A stretch of 64,000 nucleotides of DNA from Emiliania huxleyi CCMP1516 (Eukaryota). A program made the translations under genes and the position numbers. Below the pieces are notes generated by a model, which was not told the DNA's origin, made no database searches, and saw only the letters and a list, made by a program, of their open reading frames with translations. Positions 59,723 to 64,000 of the stretch are shown here, in pieces (the first letter of the stretch is position 1; each line of letters opens with the position of its first letter). The stretch lies in contig NW_005202428.1 in assembly GCF_000372725.1 (NCBI RefSeq), positions 1-64,000 on the forward strand. Reading direction: 5' to 3'.

Positions 59723-60852
59723 CTACCGCGGCCGCTTGCCGATCGGGCACGACACGTGGTGGGGCGAGCGAACCTCCACCTCGAGGACGAGCGCCTGTTC
59801 ACAGTCAAGGCTGTGAATGGACGCCGCCCACAGCCACAGCGGCGACCCGCCTGCTCTGGGTAGAGCTCTGGGCGCCGCTGGCTCGCCGGTAGAGCCTCCG
59901 AGCTCCTTGATGCGGAACTGGCCGCACGCCTGCACCTCCTCCCACGCCATCGCGTTGCCAAACTCGGGCGGGCTGCGCGCGTAGGCCGGGTTGGCGTAGA
60001 GCAGCCCTGCCGCCTACGCTCGCGCAGTCTCCGGCTCATCTCGGGGCAGTCTCGCGCACTCTCGTTGGCGTAGAGCAGCCCTGCCGCCTCGCAAGCGCGG
60101 AAACATGCGGCAAAGCGCTCCGCCGTCTCGAGGTAGACACAGATGTGGTACGCTGCCGCCTCGTTCCGCTCATACTCGTCTGGAGGCGGCGCTGAGCGCC
60201 TCTCGGCGAACACGAGTTGCTGCGGCGCGGCGCCGAAACGAACCACGCACTGCTGCAAGCCGGCGGTGTCTTCGCCACTCCCCGCCCCGCCGGCAACGCC
60301 GCCCTCGCACCACAGAGGCGGCGTGCCTGAAGGCTGAAGCTCGCACGCCTCGCCGCCCAGCGTCTCCTTCCAGAAGTGCGCAAGCCGCGCGGCGGCGCCG
60401 GGGCGCACATCGTGCACGGCGCGGACCAGACGCGTCAGAGCACCGCTGCCGGAGGGGTGGCACCCCCAGCCATCGCAGCTTCCGGGCGCCTCGTGCCGAA
60501 TCACAAAGGCGTTGCCGTACGGGCAGCGGACTCGCAGGACGTCGCTCGCGCCATCTCGCACATGGCCACGCAGCTTGTGCCGCGTGAGCCGGTCGGCAAT
60601 CGCGTCGAGCCGCTCCGACGTCCACAGCTCGATCTCGCCCGCCCAGCGCTGCGCCGCGGTCACCGGTGTGACACCCTCCGCCTTACCATACTTGCGCAGC
60701 AGGTGGAACTGCGTCGCTCCCATGTTGACGTGAAGCTGCCGCTCGTTCGTCGTCGGCTCATTCACGACGGCGCCGAGGCAGGAGACGTAAAACTCGCGTG
60801 CCGTCGGCTCGTCGAGGATGTTGAGGTTGATGTGCTCAAGCAGCGCAGTCAT
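59723..60852 (-). CDS. VOC/glyoxalase-like protein (3 exons)
   Basis: LLEHINLNI.D...AREFYV..LG, LHVNMGATQFHL, RCPYGN.F, YHICVY, QFRIK and LEVEVRS..H..CP. Confidence 0.8.
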
Positions 60853-61074
60853 CGTCGGGAAGCCTGCGAGTGCCTGCCAGCCGACGAGTGCATGCAGCCT
60901 GCGAGTGCCTGCCTGACAAAAAAAGAAATACGCGGTTTTAAAAAAAGAAAAGAACAAGGAAAAGAAATTGTGGGGGCGGGGGGGGTTGTGTGACAAAAGA
61001 ATTTTCCGACAAAACTCCCTCGGAAAAAAATGAATTTTACAACGAAAGGCGGTCGCACGACACGATTCACGCCC

Positions 61075-61395
61075 TAGCAGCCCGAGCAGCAGCCCGAGCA
61101 GCAGCCCGAGCAGCAGCCCGAGCAGCAGCCCGAGCAGCAGCCCTCACAGCAGCCCTCACAGCAGCAGCAGCCCGAGCAGGGGCCCTCGCAGCAGCCCGAG
61201 CAGCAGCCCGAGCAGCAGCCCGAGCAGCAGCCCGAGCAGCAGCCCGAGCAGCAGCCCGAGCAGCAGCCCGAGCAGCAGCCCTCACAGCAGCAGCAGCCCG
61301 AGCAGGGGCCCTCGCAGCAGCCCTCGCAGCAGCCCTCGCAGCAGCCCTCGCAGCAGCCCGAGCAGCAGCCCGAGCAGCAGCCCGAGCAGCAGCCC
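61075..61395. repeat. 12-bp tandem repeat (GCAGCAGCCCGA)n
   Basis: Directly visible array immediately upstream of the first recognisable OPT exon. Confidence 0.9.
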
Positions 61396-63993
61396 ATAGC
61401 TCTCTACTACGCGCTCAAGGTCGTTGCTCGTCACCTACATCTCGGCTGCATCTCGGCTGCATCTCGGCTGCATCTCGGCTGCATCTCGGCTGCACCTCGG
61501 CTGCCCCTCGGCTTCACCTCGGCTTCACCTCGGCTTCACCTCGGCTGCAGCTCGGCTGCACCTTGGCTGCACCTTGGCTGCACCTCGGTGACATCTCGGT
61601 GACGTCTCGGTGCCTGCCTGACTCGGCTGCCTGACCGCGCCAAGGTTGGCTCGGTGCCGTCGCTCAACATCGCCGCCGCGTTGGGCGGCTACCTTGCGAT
61701 GAAGGCACGGGCCACATCTCGCACATCGATCGTCCACCTCGGCTGTCCCCGCTGACCAGCGGCTCTGGCGACGGAAGGCGGCGCTGCGCTGCATGCCGCT
61801 CGCCCGCTCGTTCACGGCGCAGGAGAGCTGCGCCAGCGGCCCGCATGTGCGTTGCTCTACGAGTGAGCAGCGTCTCTCCACGATTCCGAATTTGAACAGG
61901 AGAATTGCGTCGCGCAGACTTGCGCCGTCGCTGGCTACTCGATGATTGCGGCCGGAGGTTTCTCCTCCACGCTCCTGGCGCTGAGCCGCGAGGAATATTT
62001 GGCGATGGCTGCCGGAGCGGTCGGCGACCAGGCCGGCAACAACGCGGCCGACGCGTATGATCTGACGTGGGGCCGCTGCGTCGGTTGGTGCGTCAGCCTC
62101 GCCCTTTTCGGTTTCTTCGTCGCGATTCCGTTGCGTAAGAAGCTCGTGGTCGACTACCAGCTGCTCTTCCCCTCGGGAACCGCCGCGGCCCACCTCATCC
62201 AGAACCTAAACGCGCCCGACGGTGCCGCGTCTGCGCTCGCGCAGTGGACGCGGCTGCGGAGGTACCTTGGCCTCTCCTTCACCTGGTCCGCCTTCAAGTG
62301 GGCCTTCACCCTCGAGCGGTGGCCGCTGTTTGGCATGGCAGCCTTTGAGCGCTACGGCTGGGAGACGGGCTTTCACGCTGGGTACGTCGGCACCGGGCTC
62401 ATCATGCCGCTCCAGGTGTCCCTCTCGATGCTCCTCGGCGCGGTGGTCAGCTGCGGCGTCATGGCTCCCTACCTGCAGAACCATCGTGCGGACTACACCT
62501 GTCCGCTGGCCGGCGCGGGCAGTGGCGTCGATTGCGTCCTCAAGCAGGGCAAGTGGTACAACGGCCATCTCGATGCGGGCGGCTCCATACACGGTCAGTA
62601 TGGGTACAAGGTCTTCACGGCCCTCTCCATCATTCTGGTGGACGCCGTCATGAACTTGGTCAAGGTTACCGCCAAGATCATTTGCGACCTCCGCGCCCCG
62701 GCGGGCAATGCGTCGCTACCAAGCAAGGCGGCGCAAGCGCCAGACCAAGGCGGGAAGGGCGGCGGCGGCGGCGATTGCGGGCGGGCCAAGAATAGCAGCG
62801 GCCATGACGCCGAGAAGGACCGCATCTTTTGCAGCGAGGCGGTGCCTGCGCGGCTGTGGCTCGGCGGACTCGCGGCGTGTGGCGCGCTGGCAATGGTGCT
62901 GCTGCCGCGCCTCTTCGACGTGACCTGGTACATGGTCTTCATCGCGCTGCTTTGCGCGCCGCCCTTCTCGGTCGGCATCATCTACGGCACCGGCCTCACG
63001 GACCACAACCTCGCGAGCGCCGTCGGCAAGCTCGCGATGTTTGCGTTTGGCCCAGCGGGGAACGGCTCCATCACCCCCGCCCTCGTCATGTGCGGCCTTG
63101 TCATCTCGGTCTGCTCTCAGGCGACGGACCTGATGCAGGATTTCAAGGCGGGATATCTTGTCCGGGCGCGGCCCCGGGCAATGCTTGTCGCGCAGCTCGT
63201 CGGCGCGCTGTTCAGCTCCATCATGGCGCCGTCGCTCTTTGCGCTGTACATACGCGCATTCGAGATTCCGGGCCCAGTCTACAAGGCGCGAGCCGCGCTT
63301 GTCCGCTGCACCCGACGCGCTTCAATGTGCGGTCGCGTTCCCACTCCGCTCCCGCCCGGCGTTGCGTGCAGGCGCCCTTTGGCCGCGTTTACCGCGCAAT
63401 GGCCATCGTCGCCACCAGTGGCCTCGACGCACTCCCCGCGCACTGTTGCAGCCTCTGCGCCGCCTTTGCCGCCTTTTCCTTTGCCGTCGCTGCCGCCGCA
63501 GAGTCGCCTCGGTGCAGCGCGATCAAGCCGCTCCTCCCCTCCCCGCTGGCGATGGGGGTGGGCGTGCCTTCTCGGGACCCATTCAATCGGCTACCCATCT
63601 CTTCTCACCCAAGACATGTGCGCAGGTGGGAATGTACCTTGGGACGTCGCTTGCCGTGGACTCCACCGTCGGCGGGCTGATCGCCCACCACTGGAGGACC
63701 TCCGACCCAGCCGGGTGCGTGCGCGGAGCTCGCCATCACCAACAACCGTGAGGAGACGCCACTCGCAACGCTTGCCCTTAGGTATGCTGCCTTCTACCCC
63801 GTCGTCGGCAGCGGCCTCATCGCCGGAGAGGGGCTCTGGTCGCTGCCTCAGGTGTCATCCGCTCCACTCCCTCCTCCGCGCTGACGACAAGCCCGGGTCT
63901 CACCAGACACTGGTGTGCGTGGCATAGGTGCTGCTCGCAATCGCGCGGGTGAAGCCGCCCGTCGCAATCGGCTTCTCGAGCGGTGGAGCGTGA
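61396..63993 (+). CDS. OPT/YSL (yellow-stripe-like) transporter, multi-exon, 5' end unresolved
   Basis: YYALK/VGSVPSLNIAAALGG, FTAQENCVAQT, AIPLRKKLVVDY.L.FPSGTA.A.LI, YVGTGLI, YGTGLTD.NLAS..GKL, DLMQDFKAGY, APFGRVYRAMA and GSGLIAGEGLW; stop at 63991-63993. Confidence 0.92.
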
Positions 63994-64000
63994 GGCGGGG

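Overview
GC-rich eukaryotic nuclear DNA. The intronic microsatellites (ATCTCCCCAT, GGCTGCCTCTC, CCGAGAT), frequent GC-AG introns and gene content suggest a haptophyte such as Emiliania/Gephyrocapsa huxleyi (inference). Recognisable genes: pyrroline-5-carboxylate reductase, a coactosin-like ADF-H protein, a GT61-like glycosyltransferase (in-frame stop), a 5'-truncated UvrD/Rep-type helicase, SMARCAL1 (spanning an N gap), a sulfotransferase-family protein, a JmjC protein, a frameshifted Cys-rich protein, a TH2/CTO1-like HAD phosphatase, a GT31-like glycosyltransferase, a GTPBP1/2-like GTPase, a VOC/glyoxalase-like protein and an OPT/YSL transporter. Many non-autonomous TIR elements lie between them, and no transposase was recognised. 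The strongest unexplained pattern is in the introns. Many start with a 14-37 bp near-perfect copy of the adjacent exon, followed by a core from a few shared families, and four homologous Introner-like introns occur in one gene. This points to recent or ongoing intron creation. Also notable: a UvrD fragment bracketed by inverted repeats, one 1.6-kb element carrying two different TIR sets, and a hammerhead-like motif. All alignments and exon boundaries were read by eye and are approximate.
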